From assembly GCA_951406725.2 (NCBI GenBank), contig OX597814.1, positions 62,744,001-62,808,000 on the forward strand: 64,000 bases of DNA, read 5' to 3'. A program made the position numbers and the translations under genes. Positions 1-13,200 of this stretch are shown here, piece after piece. The DNA comes from Octopus vulgaris (lineage: Eukaryota). Position 1 is the stretch's first letter; each line of letters opens with the position of its first letter. A model generated the notes under the pieces. That model had not been told where the DNA came from, made no database searches, and saw only the letters and a program-made list of their open reading frames with translations.

Positions 1-480
1 AATACACTTCTTTCTACTTCTTGCCTGCACTGATATTTTTGAATGCCCCAACTCACACACATCATACTAAGTATTTGTGTTAGGTATTTTTGCTGAAGTA
101 ATGGATATATGTAGTATGGATTCAACCTTTTGACTGATATCTTATTGACTAAGCCAGTTGCGATTTTGTAAGATTAAACACAGGTGTTCAATCTTTTCAT
201 ACCATTGGTCGATCATTCAAACCATGGCTATAACGTTGTCTCCGATTATATAAGCTTCGTTTACATTTAAGACAGCTGTATGAGGTTTGAAGAAAAATTA
301 AATACAATGTTCGCACGTCGAAAAATTACGTAGAAGCTTTCTTGTTGGCTCGAAGGATCAAATGTAAATTAGATGCTCAGAAGCTGGCATAACATTTTAG
401 ATTTATGTTCATTCACACAAACGTAGACTGTCCACAAGAGCTTAATTATAAACAACTTAATCAAATTACAGCTCAAACAA
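1..480 (-). mobile_element. possible highly decayed mariner transposase N-terminal fragment
   Basis: Manual minus-strand translation YEKIEHLCLILQNRNW...ELGHSKISVQ loosely resembles the mariner linker (ENIEKV..LILQNRR...ELGMSKVSAR); heavily disrupted. Confidence 0.3.
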
Positions 481-1789
481 ACGAAAGAGTTCTGGATATG
501 AAATACTGACACATGATATATTGAATCATAGTTCAACAGTGCAACGTGAAGAATATGCATCTAAGTCTAATTGCTAGAAAGTAACAGCTTGACTTTATAT
601 AATTGTCAGCTTTTATCTGCTGGTGTTAAGAAAATAAGCTCTCAGTAACATTCTAGATACAAAACCATATATAGGGACACATTATTAAAGAGGCATTCTT
701 GTTATTCCTTTTTGTCTTCATTATATTGAAGTTTCTTTTTTTTTCTACTGAAGAAGCATTTAAACAAACACAATAATCAACTTGTTGGAGAACAAAAGTG
801 TCGTGAAAGCTTACAATCTGGTGACCCAGATGATGAAAAAGAATATGTGATGTGTCCGTCATCAAGCCTCTCGCAAATGCAAGTTGTAATGGACAGATTA
901 TGTTGTTGTTTATGATAATGATAATTTTGATTACAATAATGGTAATAATGATGATGTTGATAATCGTGTGGCTGTGTATGTGCGTGCGTGTGTGAAATTG
1001 ATTCTTGATTAGTCTCCTTCAATTTAGGAGTTTCCAGATTTGAGAAAAGTAAAAATATAATGAAACTTTGGGAAAAGGCTGCAATGTTTGGGTACTTTCG
1101 TCGGCAGCTCGAAACCATATTGATATGATCCATGGTGGTTGTCAACCTATTTGAATATAATTTTATGGATATCCTTCAATCGGAATTATATGACACTAAA
1201 ACCTTTATCATAATGTCATTGAAAATCTTTAAGAATTCTCAAAACTGACCATAGCCTACTCAAGTAAAGTATATCTCACCCTGCCTCTTACATTAATTAT
1301 TCCTTCGTAACAATAGAATAGACAGTGTAAAAGCGAGATAGTGAGAGTTATGTAGAAAAAAAAATACAAGTAGCACCGACCTCATGGAAGATACTAAAGG
1401 GAATTTTGTGACTAAGCGCTTTCTGATGATATTAGTCCCTCGGAGACGTGGGATACACCTAGGTTTTGTATGTTATTATCTTTATAGTAGTAGTGTTTAT
1501 CGTATTGTGTTGTTCTGCAATGATCGAAATGTTGCTCTGCAGTCACTTCTTGTCCTTAAATAGCTTTGATCAGCCTGTATGCTATGCTACCACAATTCGC
1601 ATAACAGTGCCATGACTGTTGTGTCGTCTATTTAAAAGCTGAACCTGCTCCATTTATTGTTCATTGTTATAAGCAACCCTAGCTAGTTCAAAGTTGTCGG
1701 CGACGTAAGTAATTTTTCATTCATCAGTGATACTACAGTTATTTGGTAATAATCGTCAGTATTTGCCTGTCTAAATTTGTATTGAAACA

Positions 1790-2370
1790 ATTATATAATA
1801 TTCCATTGTTTTTCGTAATCTTCCTTTGCTTTAAAAAGTGGAATATTTTGAATTTTCCATTTGCATAGATGTCTAAATCTTCCATTTCAAGAGTGGATCC
1901 TATGTTTTTTAAAAAAATTTTAATGCACCATAACTCAGGCCATGAAGTTCATTCCTGTTTGGCCGATGCAGTACTCATTGCAGTGCCGAAGTGTGATGCA
2001 GTAAATTGTCTTGCAAATCATTATTGAATTTTCCTTGAATTCTTTAATGAAAATACAATTTTATTCCGAGTAATAAAACCACACAACCTGCAAGGAAGGA
2101 CTTCACGTCTCTTTACTTACACAATTTCTTCTTACGATGTTAATCTGCCTTTTGTGCAAAAACGTTTAAGATATAATGGTTGTTTTTGAATGTTAATAAT
2201 AGGTAAATCCTTAATATTTTTATTTGGATTGACTACTGATATAGAAGTGCAAAATATCGGTTTTTCAGAATTTTATATATATATAAATGTAAAACTTCTA
2301 TTCTTTTCTTTCTCTGAGCTTCTTATTAATATATTGCTTGTGCCACGTTCAAACGCTTGTTTTTTTTCTC
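1790..2370 (-). mobile_element. Penelope-like element fragment, C-terminal GIY-YIG endonuclease (pseudogene)
   Basis: Minus strand reads IINIQKQPLYLKRF..PCRLCGF..KTIYCITLRHCNEYCIGQTGMNFMA*VMVH..ANGKFKIFHF, a GIY-YIG motif of PLE type. Confidence 0.75.
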
Positions 2371-2454
2371 TGTTTTTTTTTAAAAAATTGATGCTCTCTC
2401 TCTCTCTTTCTTTCTTTCTTTCTCTATCTCTCTCTCTGATATATATATATATAC

Positions 2455-2866
2455 AGTTTTCCGGCACATCATTATCCACCTTGGTCTCAGGTCTACCACA
2501 GGGTTGAATTTCAAGAGTAAAGTCACCAGACTGGAACTTCTCAACCCATCGACGTACAGTGCGCTCATTCGTCACATCTTTATCAAACACCTCATTGATA
2601 TTTGGAGCTGTCTGGGATGCATTGGTTCCACGACGGAACTCATATTTATAAACAACACGAAATTTTGATCTATCCATGGGTTCACAAAAAATTATTTACA
2701 AGAGAAAACTCACAATATAATCAGACACCATGAATTGCATTTCGAAAAGTGATGATGTAACTCTTCAATGTTGTAACAAAGAATTGTCAAGATAAAGCAT
2801 TAGAGTTAACGACATTCAAACTTGGATCATAAGAAAATTGGACATTTCATTCTTAATGACCTGATA
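2455..2866 (-). mobile_element. mariner transposon 5' fragment (TIR plus HTH)
   Basis: ORF 2273..2677 begins MDRSKFRVVYKYEFRRGTNASQTAPNINEVF...RTVRRWVEKFQSGDFTLE..GRP (Mos1-like HTH); TIR-like TATCAGGTCATTAAG starts at 2866. Confidence 0.85.
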
Positions 2867-2999
2867 CATCATTTCATTTTTGTATCAGTTTGTAAGATTC
2901 TTTATGTGAATTCGTGTGTTGAAACAAATTTTGTTGTGTCTAGGGAGAGTCAACAAACACAATCTCCGGTTCAATTTTCACTCATTTATTATTCTATTT

Positions 3000-5856
3000 T
3001 TTCTTGTATCCTCTTTGTCAATAGATGAGGTGTGGGATTTCGTTTTGGTAAAAAAATTTATCATTAACAATCATTTATAGTTAAGTTGTAAATCCAGAAA
3101 TGCTATTTGATTAATTGTGAGGAATGTAGCGCGCAGTATGTTGGGCAAACCACTCGGGAATTACATCAACGTCTCAATGGTCATAGACAGGCATTTAAAT
3201 TGGGTAGTAAACTTTAAAATTTCGAATACTTTAGAAAACATAGCTTAGGGTTCGAAAACTGTAAAATTCAAACAAGTGGTCAAATAGATGACTCTGAATA
3301 ATGTTATACAGAAACCTTTTAGAAAAAGAATGGTATTGGACTAAGGTATTATGTAGCGTATACCTTACAAGCCTTAATTATAAAATTTTAGGTGTAGGGA
3401 ACATATCTAGTAATAATGATACAGGAGGAATATATTTCTCACAACCAGTGGTCAGAAGGAAACGTAGTCATGGACGCAGGATTAAAAAAAAAGAAATAAG
3501 GTTAGAAAAGATATTTCTTTGGGTTGGGTAAACTTAATGATTTATATACAAAGAAAGAATATTACGGTTATTATATGATATTAAGAGAATGTTCTTATAC
3601 TAAACTTATAAATATAATGGAGATATATGATAGAGAGTTATCTGAAGTTAGCTTTTTAGTGAACAGATTTTGTAATAGATTAATGAAAAAGGCTAAAGTG
3701 AAAACCAATAATATGAAAGTTGAATATTTAGAAATACCAAATGTCAGTAATTTCATTGACGATGTTAATTTAGGTAATGTAATTAGAAACTATAAAACAA
3801 AAAAAAACAAAAAAAAACAAAAACCTCTTGACCGAAAATGGTAGACATATTAATGTCAAGATTTGTTATAAGCTTGGTAAGAAGATACCTTATTTAATTA
3901 TAATAAGCTCCTATCAAAAATCAGTCTTGAAAGTTTGAAAGAAATATACTTAGGAGATTGTAAATGCGATAATTCGGAATTTTGTTATAAAGAAATAGGG
4001 TATGTTTATACAGGAAACTTAGATATTAGTAAGAATAAGGAACTAAGGGAGATTATGAGTAAAGGAACAAAATACAGAAAACAAGGTAAGATTAGTAAAT
4101 ATAATTTTAATGTTATATTAAAAGCCATTAATGAATTCATAGTTAAATTAAAGTCTCAAATATGAGGTTAAATTGGAGGAGTTCAACAGCTGGGTTAGCA
4201 AATTATATGGTAGTTAAACATTTAGAGAAATATAAGTAGATAAGGAAAGATTCAGTTTTGAATAAACCACTAGTTAAAGAATATATAAATGAATTACATT
4301 AAACTATGTAGTAGTACCAGTAGATAAAGCAGCAGGAAATTTTGTAGTAATTTGTAAAAAAAATTATATCATGGTTGTAGGTAAAGCGTCAGAAGTGGAT
4401 AAGGAATGGATAAGTTTATAGGTAATAATACATACAAAGTTATCAGAAAACGTTAATAATTTAGTTAATAGACTTATACCCACAGTAGAAAGATTGAGTG
4501 GTTTAGAAGTGGAAGAAAAGGATAAAATTATCCATCAACTTTTTGGATTCCTAAACTACATAAAGCCCCTTTTAAAAGTAGACTCATAGCAGGAGCTAGT
4601 AATTGTACAAATAAACAGCTATCTTAATGATGCTTTAAAAGTTGTTAGAGCATATTTTAAAAAATATTGTGATAAAATTTATAATAGTTCAGGAATTAAT
4701 TATTTTTGGAGTATTAGATCAACCATGGAATTTCTGGACAGACTGATCAAATGTAAGAAAGTAAAGAGTATGTATGTGTATGATTTTTCGACGCTGTATA
4801 CAAACTTAAATCTTAAATGTGTAGAAGATGGTATTTTTAGAATATTAGATATTTTTAATACTCTCTCTTTTTCTCTTTTACTCTTTTACTTGTTTCAGTC
4901 ATTTGACTGCGGCCACTTTGTAAGCCCAGTACTTATTCTATCGGTCTCTTTTGCCGAACCGCTAAGTGACGGGGACGTAAACACACCAGCATCGGTTGTC
5001 AAGCAATGCTAGGGGGACAAACACAGACACACAAACATATACACACACACTTATATATATATACATATATACGACAGGCTTCTTTCAGTTTCCGTCTACC
5101 AAATCCACTCACAAGGCATTGGTCGGCCCGGGGCTATAGCAGAAGACACTTGCCCAAGATGCCACGCAGTGGGACTGAACCCGGAACCATGTGGTTGGTT
5201 AGCAAGCTACTTACCACACAGCCACTCCTGAAGAATAGTAAAGGTTTCTTGTCTAATTGTTGTTATAAGGGGTATATTAATATAAGTAAAAGAAAGATGA
5301 AAGAAATGGTTAGCTTTATTATTAATAATTCATTTGTAATGTTTGTGAGTAAGGTGTTTGAGCTGGTTTGGGGAATTCCAATGGGTGGCAATTGTAGTCC
5401 TCTGTTGGCGGACCTTTATCTTTCTTCATGCGAGTTCCTTTTTCTTGAAGACCTATGTGCTCGGAAACAGATGGGTTTGTTTAAACAGCTTGATGCATGC
5501 TGCAGATACATAGATGATTTATTTATACCTAATTATGGTTTCTTTGAATTTTTACTCAGAAAAATATACCCTAGTGAGCTTATAGCCACCAGAAATGGTA
5601 ACAATATAAGAAATATTAATTATTTAGATGTCAATCTAGTAATTAAGGATTATAATGAAATATGTTCTGACATTTATAATAAAACAGAAGATGTTGGTTT
5701 CCAGGAGGCTTCAATGCCATGGTTCAATTGTAGAATTCCATTTTTTTATTGGTTATGGTGTTTTTGCAGGGCAAATTGTCAGATATAGTATTATTATTAA
5801 TAACGCCAATAAATTTTTGAGAAGAATAAATAAACTGTTAAGACATTTAGTAAAAC
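3000..5856 (+). mobile_element. Penelope-like retroelement with N-terminal GIY-YIG and downstream RT (Naiad/Chlamys-type), frameshifted pseudogene
   Basis: LSCKSRN..LINCEECSAQYVGQTTRELHQRLNGH (~3080-3185); RRKRSHG; CKCDNSEFCY..GYVYTGNLDI; KGTKYR; VVVPVDKAAGN; FWIPKLHK; YDFSTLYT; GIPMGGNCSPLLADLYL; RYIDDL; GYGVFAGQIVRY. Confidence 0.9.
4861..5230 (-). mobile_element. tRNA-derived SINE (family 1) inserted in the Naiad-like RT
   Basis: Reverse complement of the copies at 11512 and 58720; lacks ~45 bp of the 3' part; interrupts ILDIFN|KNSKGF. Confidence 0.92.
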
Positions 5857-6376
5857 CTTATGTGAAATCGTGTGTTGAATCAGATATTGTTATATTTCGG
5901 AGCAGTCATTTTTTTTTTTTGGCCAAATAAAAACACATGCACTATATATTTGATAGTCACTTCATAATTATTTCATTATTGTTCTTATTTTATGTTCTAT
6001 GCTTGGAAATCTTTCGCCAGATATCGTGTGATCTCTTCATCGACTCTCTATCCACGTATCTCCCCCTGCCCTGTTTAGTCCATTTTTAAAAGTTTCAACA
6101 AAATTTTATCAGAATTAAATTTAAATTTGTTCATAGCTGGGGTAATCTATCCCTTTAGGTTGTTTTTAATTCTACAATTGTATTTAAATAGTATTGAGCG
6201 TTGTTTGTCATTTTCATAAACTTTTGAAACGTTGACTTATTTTTTTAATAGTGTTATGCTACAGAACTGTGTTTACATAAATATGTTAAGATGTATGTAA
6301 CGTTTATATAGATACGCTGGAATATATGTAATAATTACAAACGTCCAAGTATCGGATTGCCCATAATGGCCGTCAT

Positions 6377-6531
6377 ATGTATGTATGTATGCATGTATGT
6401 ATGTATGTGTGTATGTATGTATGTATGTATGTATGTATGTATGTATGTATGTATGTATGTATGTATGTATGTATGTATGTATGTATGTATCTATCTATCT
6501 ATCTATCTATCTATTTATCTATCTATCTATC
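6377..6531. repeat. (TATG)n + (TATC)n microsatellite
   Basis: Direct reading. Confidence 0.95.
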
Positions 6532-6537
6532 TAGCTA

Positions 6538-6702
6538 AGTGCAGGCAGGGTTATGTGGTAAGAAGTTTGCTTTCCAGCCACATGGTTTCAGCTTTGATCG
6601 CACTGCATGGCACATGGTCAAGTGTTTTATACTATAGTCTTGGACCGACCAAAGCCATGTGAGTGGATCTGGTAGATGGAAACCGAAAGAAGACTGTCGT
6701 AT
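6538..6702 (+). mobile_element. diverged SINE family 1, 5' half
   Basis: gtggtaagaagtttgct..ccacatggtt..tggatctggtagatggaaaccgaaagaag matches the SINE head. Confidence 0.75.
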
Positions 6703-6734
6703 GTATGTATGTATATATATATATATATATATAT

Positions 6735-7450
6735 GAGTCAGGATGAGTCAGCTTTTTGAGGTTGTAGTATGAATATAGAAAAAGACACATAGCTTATCAA
6801 AACAAAGTTTTTAAAACAGTACAAATAATGTTGAGAATCCAGTTGTCATAATTATTCAATAAATACACCATTAGCATCAATGACTCTCAATACAGAGTCG
6901 GAAGCGCTGATATGTCTGAATCAGCTGATCTTTATGAGGCCAAGTGTCTGGGGGAGCATGATCATAGAGATTGCCACGATCCATGCTTCGGTTTTCCTGG
7001 CTTAATAGGATGACACAGATTCTTTTTGGAAGACGCAGTCTTTTGTTGCGTACTCTGTCTAATCTGGCCTTCTCAACTTTCTTCAACGCCTCTATGTAGT
7101 CACCGGCCTTGTGAGAAAAAATGAGAAGTTATAATATTCCCCTCATTGCTGACAACTCCAGGGTCCATCACTATTGCTGGGAATTTAGTATGCATGACCG
7201 CTGGGACCTCATTCGGGTCTCTGTATAACTATCTGTCATTCAATCAGTTAAACTTTTGATCCTGATCGAAGTTTTCCACATCGGAGAAAAATCTAAGTAT
7301 TCCATCCTTTTGGTGTTTTAACTTGTTTAACAAGCACTTTGCATTGATCGAACGGTTCATTTCTGTTATATTCAACATAAACTGACCCATATCACATACG
7401 ATTTACACTAGAGGGTGCATTCTGAAATCCTTTGCAATGGCACTGATTGA
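6735..7450 (-). mobile_element. Tc1/mariner (maT-like) relic, internally deleted
   Basis: Minus strand: FFSDVENFDQDQKFN, PNEVPAVMHTKFPAIVM..GVVSNEG, C-terminus RFRLCIES..DANGVFIE*. Confidence 0.8.
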
Positions 7451-7639
7451 CTGTCCGGGGATTTTATCGATTACTTCTCAGACCTTTTTGTAGTCTGATA
7501 TTATTTTCACCTTGTGCATGTGTTTTGTGTTTAGCTGCTGTACTTCCTGGAAGCAAGTTTTCTCTGCATTACTATGCTACGCTTTTAAGGAAACGATTAC
7601 ATCTTATCTTTTATTTGCCGAGTCAATCTGTCTGACACA

Positions 7640-7644
<5 letters not shown>

Positions 7645-7717
<73 letters not shown>

Positions 7718-7734
7718 ACACACTCACACACACA
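7645..7734. repeat. (CA)n microsatellite
   Basis: Direct reading. Confidence 0.95.
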
Positions 7735-8822
7735 TGAACTTTGTTTACATTTTGCTGCTGCTGCGATATCGGGAGAAAATGCTGGAAATCTATTCATATT
7801 TCTAGAAAAATTAATGCTGGGAATTGTCCACCACAGTCCTTCTAATGGTGTAACGCCAACGATTCTTAAACATAATGGCAGACAGTCATATAAATATGTA
7901 GATAGATGGATAAATAAGTAAATAGACAGAAAGAAGAAGGAGAAGCGTAGTTAATAAATTGAAACCGGAAGAATGAAATCAAAACTGAACTCGATGATTT
8001 TGAAAGTGCATAGAACCAGAACAAATCTGCCAGAAATTCGGCCCAGCTGTCTAACAAGTTTGACAATTCATCGCTTTTACGGTGGATTAATGAAACAAAT
8101 TTATCGTGGATGAAAGGTTAAGTTTGCCTCACAGTTACGAGATCTTGGGTTCGATATCATGAGCAAGTGTCTTTTGTCTTAACCTTGAGTCGATCTAAGT
8201 CTTGTGGGTGAAATTGCGTTGATGAACATTATAGAAACACGTCACCCAGTGTCTGACGCTGACTCTACCTGAGAATTATGACGAGGGTATAAGTGACTGT
8301 GGAATATTCAGCCAGTTACACGCTAGTTCAATAAGGCCGTAGTTCACTTGAACGAATACGTTATATATATTTCTTCGAATCAACTGACACAGATCTATTT
8401 TAATATGGTGAAAATTCTGACTAGCTTATCCTGGAGCATTATGTGGATGAAATATTAAATCTAAATTTTGAGATGATAATTCTGAAAATTTGTACAACAT
8501 ATGCATGCAAATATATTTTGCAGCTGATTAGATCGCAGCGGTAGAACCGTTTCCAAAAATTGAAATTAATAATTACGGGAGGTGAGCCTTTCAGACGCTT
8601 GCGGCTGCAACTGGCCTTGAACTGATTACATGCATACAATCAAAGCCTCAGACAAAACTATAAGACACACAGGCAGAAACACACACGGAGGGGGAAAATG
8701 AACGTATGCGTGTTACCTTATATTATTTGTAGAATGATGTATGTACATGCACTAGTATGTGTGATATTACCAGTGTGTTTGTGTACATCTGTGTAATAAG
8801 TTTGTTCTCTGTGTTCGCTTAA

Positions 8823-8936
<114 letters not shown>

Positions 8937-8940
8937 GTAT

Positions 8941-9105
8941 AAACAACAAATTAGGCATTCATCTCTTAGGAATGTCCCATGCGGTAAACATCTTGATATC
9001 TGTGCAAGTGGAAAATTTTAAATACTCCCATTTTACAAAATAAACGATGAAAATGAACAACTACGAAGGCTAAAGAAGAATACATTATACGAATTCTAAA
9101 TCCGA
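8941..9105 (+). mobile_element. Penelope-like GIY-YIG C-terminal fragment
   Basis: KQQIRHSSLRNVPCGKHLDICASGKF*ILPFYKINDENEQLRRLK..YIIRILNP; similar to the fragment at 1790-2370. Confidence 0.75.
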
Positions 9106-9609
9106 ATCCCATCAAAATCCCACATTTGCAAGTCTGTTACGTTTCGAGCCTACACTCTTCAACATAAAGAAGAGAAAATAAACAGAGAATAAAAAAAAAC
9201 TGTGCATGGCGAATGGTCACAAAAAAAGATTTCACAGGAGAGATTGATAGATAATTAAGTATTGGTGATCATAAAACGAAGGTGCACGTGTGCGTGCTTG
9301 TATGTGTGAATGTGTGTGTGTGCGTGTGTGTGTGGGGGGGCTAGGGGCTAGTGACTTTGACGTAGTTGATGTGTGCATGTGTGTGCGTCAGTAACGTGTG
9401 TGTGTGAGGATGATGGTGTGTGGTGTTGTGATGTTGGTAGTGTGTATGTATATACACAAATATATATATACATATATATTCATACATATACATACACATA
9501 TATACATATATACACACATACATATATATATATATACACATATACATGAATACATATATTTATATATACATATATATATATATGCATATATATATACATA
9601 TAGATCTAT

Positions 9610-9646
<37 letters not shown>

Positions 9647-9879
9647 GATGTATACATATACATCTATATATAAGCATGTATACACGTATACATATACATC
9701 TACACATATACATCTATCTATCTATATATATATATATAGACATGCAGATGTATATACGCATATGTACATGCATACATATACTTATACAAAATAATAAACA
9801 AAAATCATGTAAGTATAGAAAAATGAATGTAAAACAGTTTGTTTCATGTGAATTTGTGTGTTGACAAAATTCCGTGCTG

Positions 9880-9923
9880 CATCTGAGAAAGTAACAGTTC
9901 ATGAACTGTTACTTTCTCAGATG
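9880..9923. repeat. perfect 44-bp palindrome
   Basis: CATCTGAGAAAGTAACAGTTCA|TGAACTGTTACTTTCTCAGATG. Confidence 0.95.
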
Positions 9924-9955
9924 TACGCATGTATGTGTGTGTGTATGTATGTATG

Positions 9956-11165
9956 TACAGGGTGGAAAGCAAAATTTACAATGAACATTAAGTTGTTTTT
10001 TCTCAGCAGGCACTAAGTCAATTGTTTTGAAACCTAGCATATATTGATGTCATAATCATACCTAACACTATTATCCTTACCTTTTCAGAAAATTTTGCCC
10101 ATATGAGTAATCAGGAAAGCACACTTCAACGAGTCTGTGATTTGCTGAATGCACTCGTCACACCAAAGGTGATTTCAGGAATAGTTGGAGTGTCCATAAA
10201 GACTGTTTATAATGTAAAGAATAGAATGACTATGAACAAAAGTATTACGAGGAAGTCTGGAAGTTGAGGAATCAACAAAAACGTACCAAAGCTCTCAAAT
10301 CCAAAATCCTGAAGGATCCAACCAAATCCATGAGAAAAATGTCAATTGAACTTGAGGTAGACAACAAAAGACCATTAGAAATGCTGTAAAATATTCTTTG
10401 AGGTTAAAATCTTACACAATAACACCAAAACACTTGTTGAAAACAACTATGAAGGAAAAGAGATTGGAAAGGTGCAAGAAAATTATTACATGGTTCAAGA
10501 AAAAGTCTCCATTGTAACGTTCTTTTCAGATGAAAAGATCTTCACTGCTGATGCTGTTCCGAACCGCAGAAATGACAGATTTATCGCAAAATCGACAGCT
10601 GAGGTTAAGGGGACATTCAAAGCAAAACATCCTGCTCAAGTTATGGATTTTGGTGTTGTGGCTTCCGATGGAAAGAAAATGCCTATAAAATTCTACAAAG
10701 CTGATGAAAAGATCAATGTTAATACTTACTACAAGACTCTGAGATAGCAAGTATTACCCAAATGGTAATTATGTATGGACACAGGATGGTGCTCCAGCCC
10801 ACACAGCTAGAAAAATACAAGATTTCCGCAAATCCAACTGTAGCAATTTTTTTGAATCATGTTTATGGCCGCCTTCTAGCCCAGATCTAAACCCTCTGGA
10901 TTATGCTATTTGGGGTGTTTTAGAACATGCTACCAATAGAACATCACACAGCAATGTCGACTCTCTTAAAGATACCATTAAAGAAGAGTGGGAGAAGTTG
11001 TCTCTCGAATATTTGAGGAACATTTGTGCAAGTGTCAGGAAGCGTGTGAAGACAGTTATTGAGAAAGAAGGAGGACACATAGAATAAAAACATTTTCTAT
11101 TACGTAAATTTTCTTGTGGCAACTAAATTCTCATGACTTTCAATAAACTAAGTTACTTTGTTGAA
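9956..11165 (+). mobile_element. maT-type (DD37D) Tc1/mariner transposon, pseudogenised, right TIR not found
   Basis: TA+CAGGGTGG terminus; ATG ~10102 MSNQES..; FFSDEKIF, WTQDGAPAH, WPPSSPDLNPLDY with 37 residues counted between the 2nd and 3rd D; ends GGHIE* ~11087. Confidence 0.9.
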
Positions 11166-11212
11166 GGTTGTATACACACACATATACATACATATGCATA
11201 TACATATATATA

Positions 11213-11255
<43 letters not shown>

Positions 11256-11274
11256 GTGTGTGTGTGTGTGTGTC

Positions 11275-11313
<39 letters not shown>

Positions 11314-11511
11314 GTTTGTCCCTCTCACCACCGTCTAACGGTGAATAGCTACAGCGTCTTAGATACATATATGCACATATAACCTTACTTATACATATAT
11401 ACTAATACACACAATCATAGAGACACTTACACACACTCACAAATATATTCTGGTACTGTGCACAATATATCTTAGCGTTACGCGATATAAATGCATACAG
11501 GCATATACATA

Positions 11512-11915
11512 GGCGCAGGAGTGGCTGTGTGGTAAGTAGCTTGCTAACCAACCACATGGTTCCGGGTTCAGTCCCACTGCGTGGCATCTTGGACAAGTGT
11601 CTTCTGCTATAGCCCCGGGCCGACCAATGCCTTGTGAGTGGATTTGGTAGACGGAAACTGAAAGAAGCCTGTCGTATATATGTATATATATATAAGTGTG
11701 TGTGTGTATATGTTTGTGTGTCTGTGTTTGTCCCCCTAGCATTGCTTGACAGCCGATGCTGGTGTGTTTACGTCCCCGTCACTTAGCGGTTCGGCAAAAG
11801 AGAGCGATAGAATAAGTAGTGGGCTTACAAAGAATAAGTCCCGGGGTCGATTTGCTCGACTAAAGGCGGTGCTCCAGCATGGCCGCAGTCAAATGACTGA
11901 AACAAGTAAAAGAGT
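11512..11915 (+). mobile_element. full-length tRNA-derived SINE family 1 with internal (TA)(TG) tract
   Basis: A box TGGCTGTGTGG (11522), B box GGTTCAGTCCC (~11565); near-identical to 58720-59133. Confidence 0.92.
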
Positions 11916-12028
11916 ATATACGCTCGCACATACGCACGCACTCACCATTCACGCACAGGTGCATGCGCACACACATGCACACAGAGACAAACTCTCTCTC
12001 TCTCTCTCTCACACACGCGCGCGCCCGC

Positions 12029-12065
<37 letters not shown>

Positions 12066-12754
12066 CACTATAATGTATTTATATGTGTAAACCTGCCTTG
12101 CGTCGGCTTTGAAAATTGAAGTGTTTCTCAAGTAAATAAACGTGTCACACTAGTACTGTCTAGACGTGTAGTAATGCAGTGAGTCTAGTGAATTTGTGCT
12201 TGCACTGTGTTATTTTGTATTGATATATTTCTATCTGAAGTATTTATAACTTGTGTACTTCTTGCCTGACCACTACTGCTGGCGTCGGATATGTGCTTTG
12301 TTGACGTTATTCGTTTATTTGGGAGAATAAGGCAAAACTGTCATAGAAAGTCACAATGTTATGCTAGAAATATTTTGACAATTCTTTATACCCCCCTTTG
12401 TTTTTGTATTCTTTACTATTTACTATTTTCGTTACTATTTTCGTTAAAGGTTGGTCCATTGTATGGCATTTGGCTTCGTTCCCACCACCACGCAGTACCA
12501 TTATGTCACTAACTTTTGTATGCAGTCATCTCTTTGTTCTCTTCTTCACAACATTCTGACTTCGCCTTCTCCGTCTCCATCTTTCTTTTCCTCTATACCA
12601 AACACTTCATAAGTTATTTTTCTAAATAAATACAAAGAAAAATTTTCAAAAAGCACTGCAAACATATAACAGGTATTTGCAGTTAAAAACATCATGATTG
12701 CGCACACATGATACTCAAACAATCTCCCTTTCTATTTCCTTCTTTCTCTGTCCG

Positions 12755-12790
<36 letters not shown>

Positions 12791-13125
12791 CACATTACAC
12801 ACACAAAAACATATGTATTAGTGTGTGTATATGTGTATGTGTACATAAATGCATGTACTTAAATACATGTACATAAATACATACATACATACATACATAC
12901 ATACGTACATACATGTATATATGTATGTACGTATATGTATATATGTATATGTATGTATGTATGCATATATCTTCTATATATATGAAATACGTTGTCTGTG
13001 TATGTGTCCTCTATGCACGGTCAAACCTCTGGATCAATCTGTACCATACTTGGGGTACATGAATAATTTGATCTTGGAAATAATAATACGGTCTTGATTT
13101 ATTTTTTTATTAAAAATATATAATA

Positions 13126-13200
13126 TCTATATATATAAAACTCAACTTGTGTGTCTATGTGTGTATCTGTGTGTGTGTCTGTGTGTTTAACTTCCCGGCA
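13126..13200 (+). mobile_element. Helitron-like 5' terminus
   Basis: A|TCTATATATATAAAA followed by TGTG/TCTG repeats, typical of non-autonomous Helitron starts. Confidence 0.45.

Noticed and set aside
3100-3115. TGA in the Naiad-like GIY-YIG as possible selenocysteine
   Set aside because: It arises at a frameshift deletion, not at a Cys position
9131-9166. Minus-strand TTGAAGAGTGTAGGCTCGAAACGTA, hammerhead-like
   Set aside because: Stem II overlaps the core and stem I is poor; at best a decayed remnant
11512-11590. tRNA-like A/B boxes
   Set aside because: SINE head, not a cloverleaf tRNA gene
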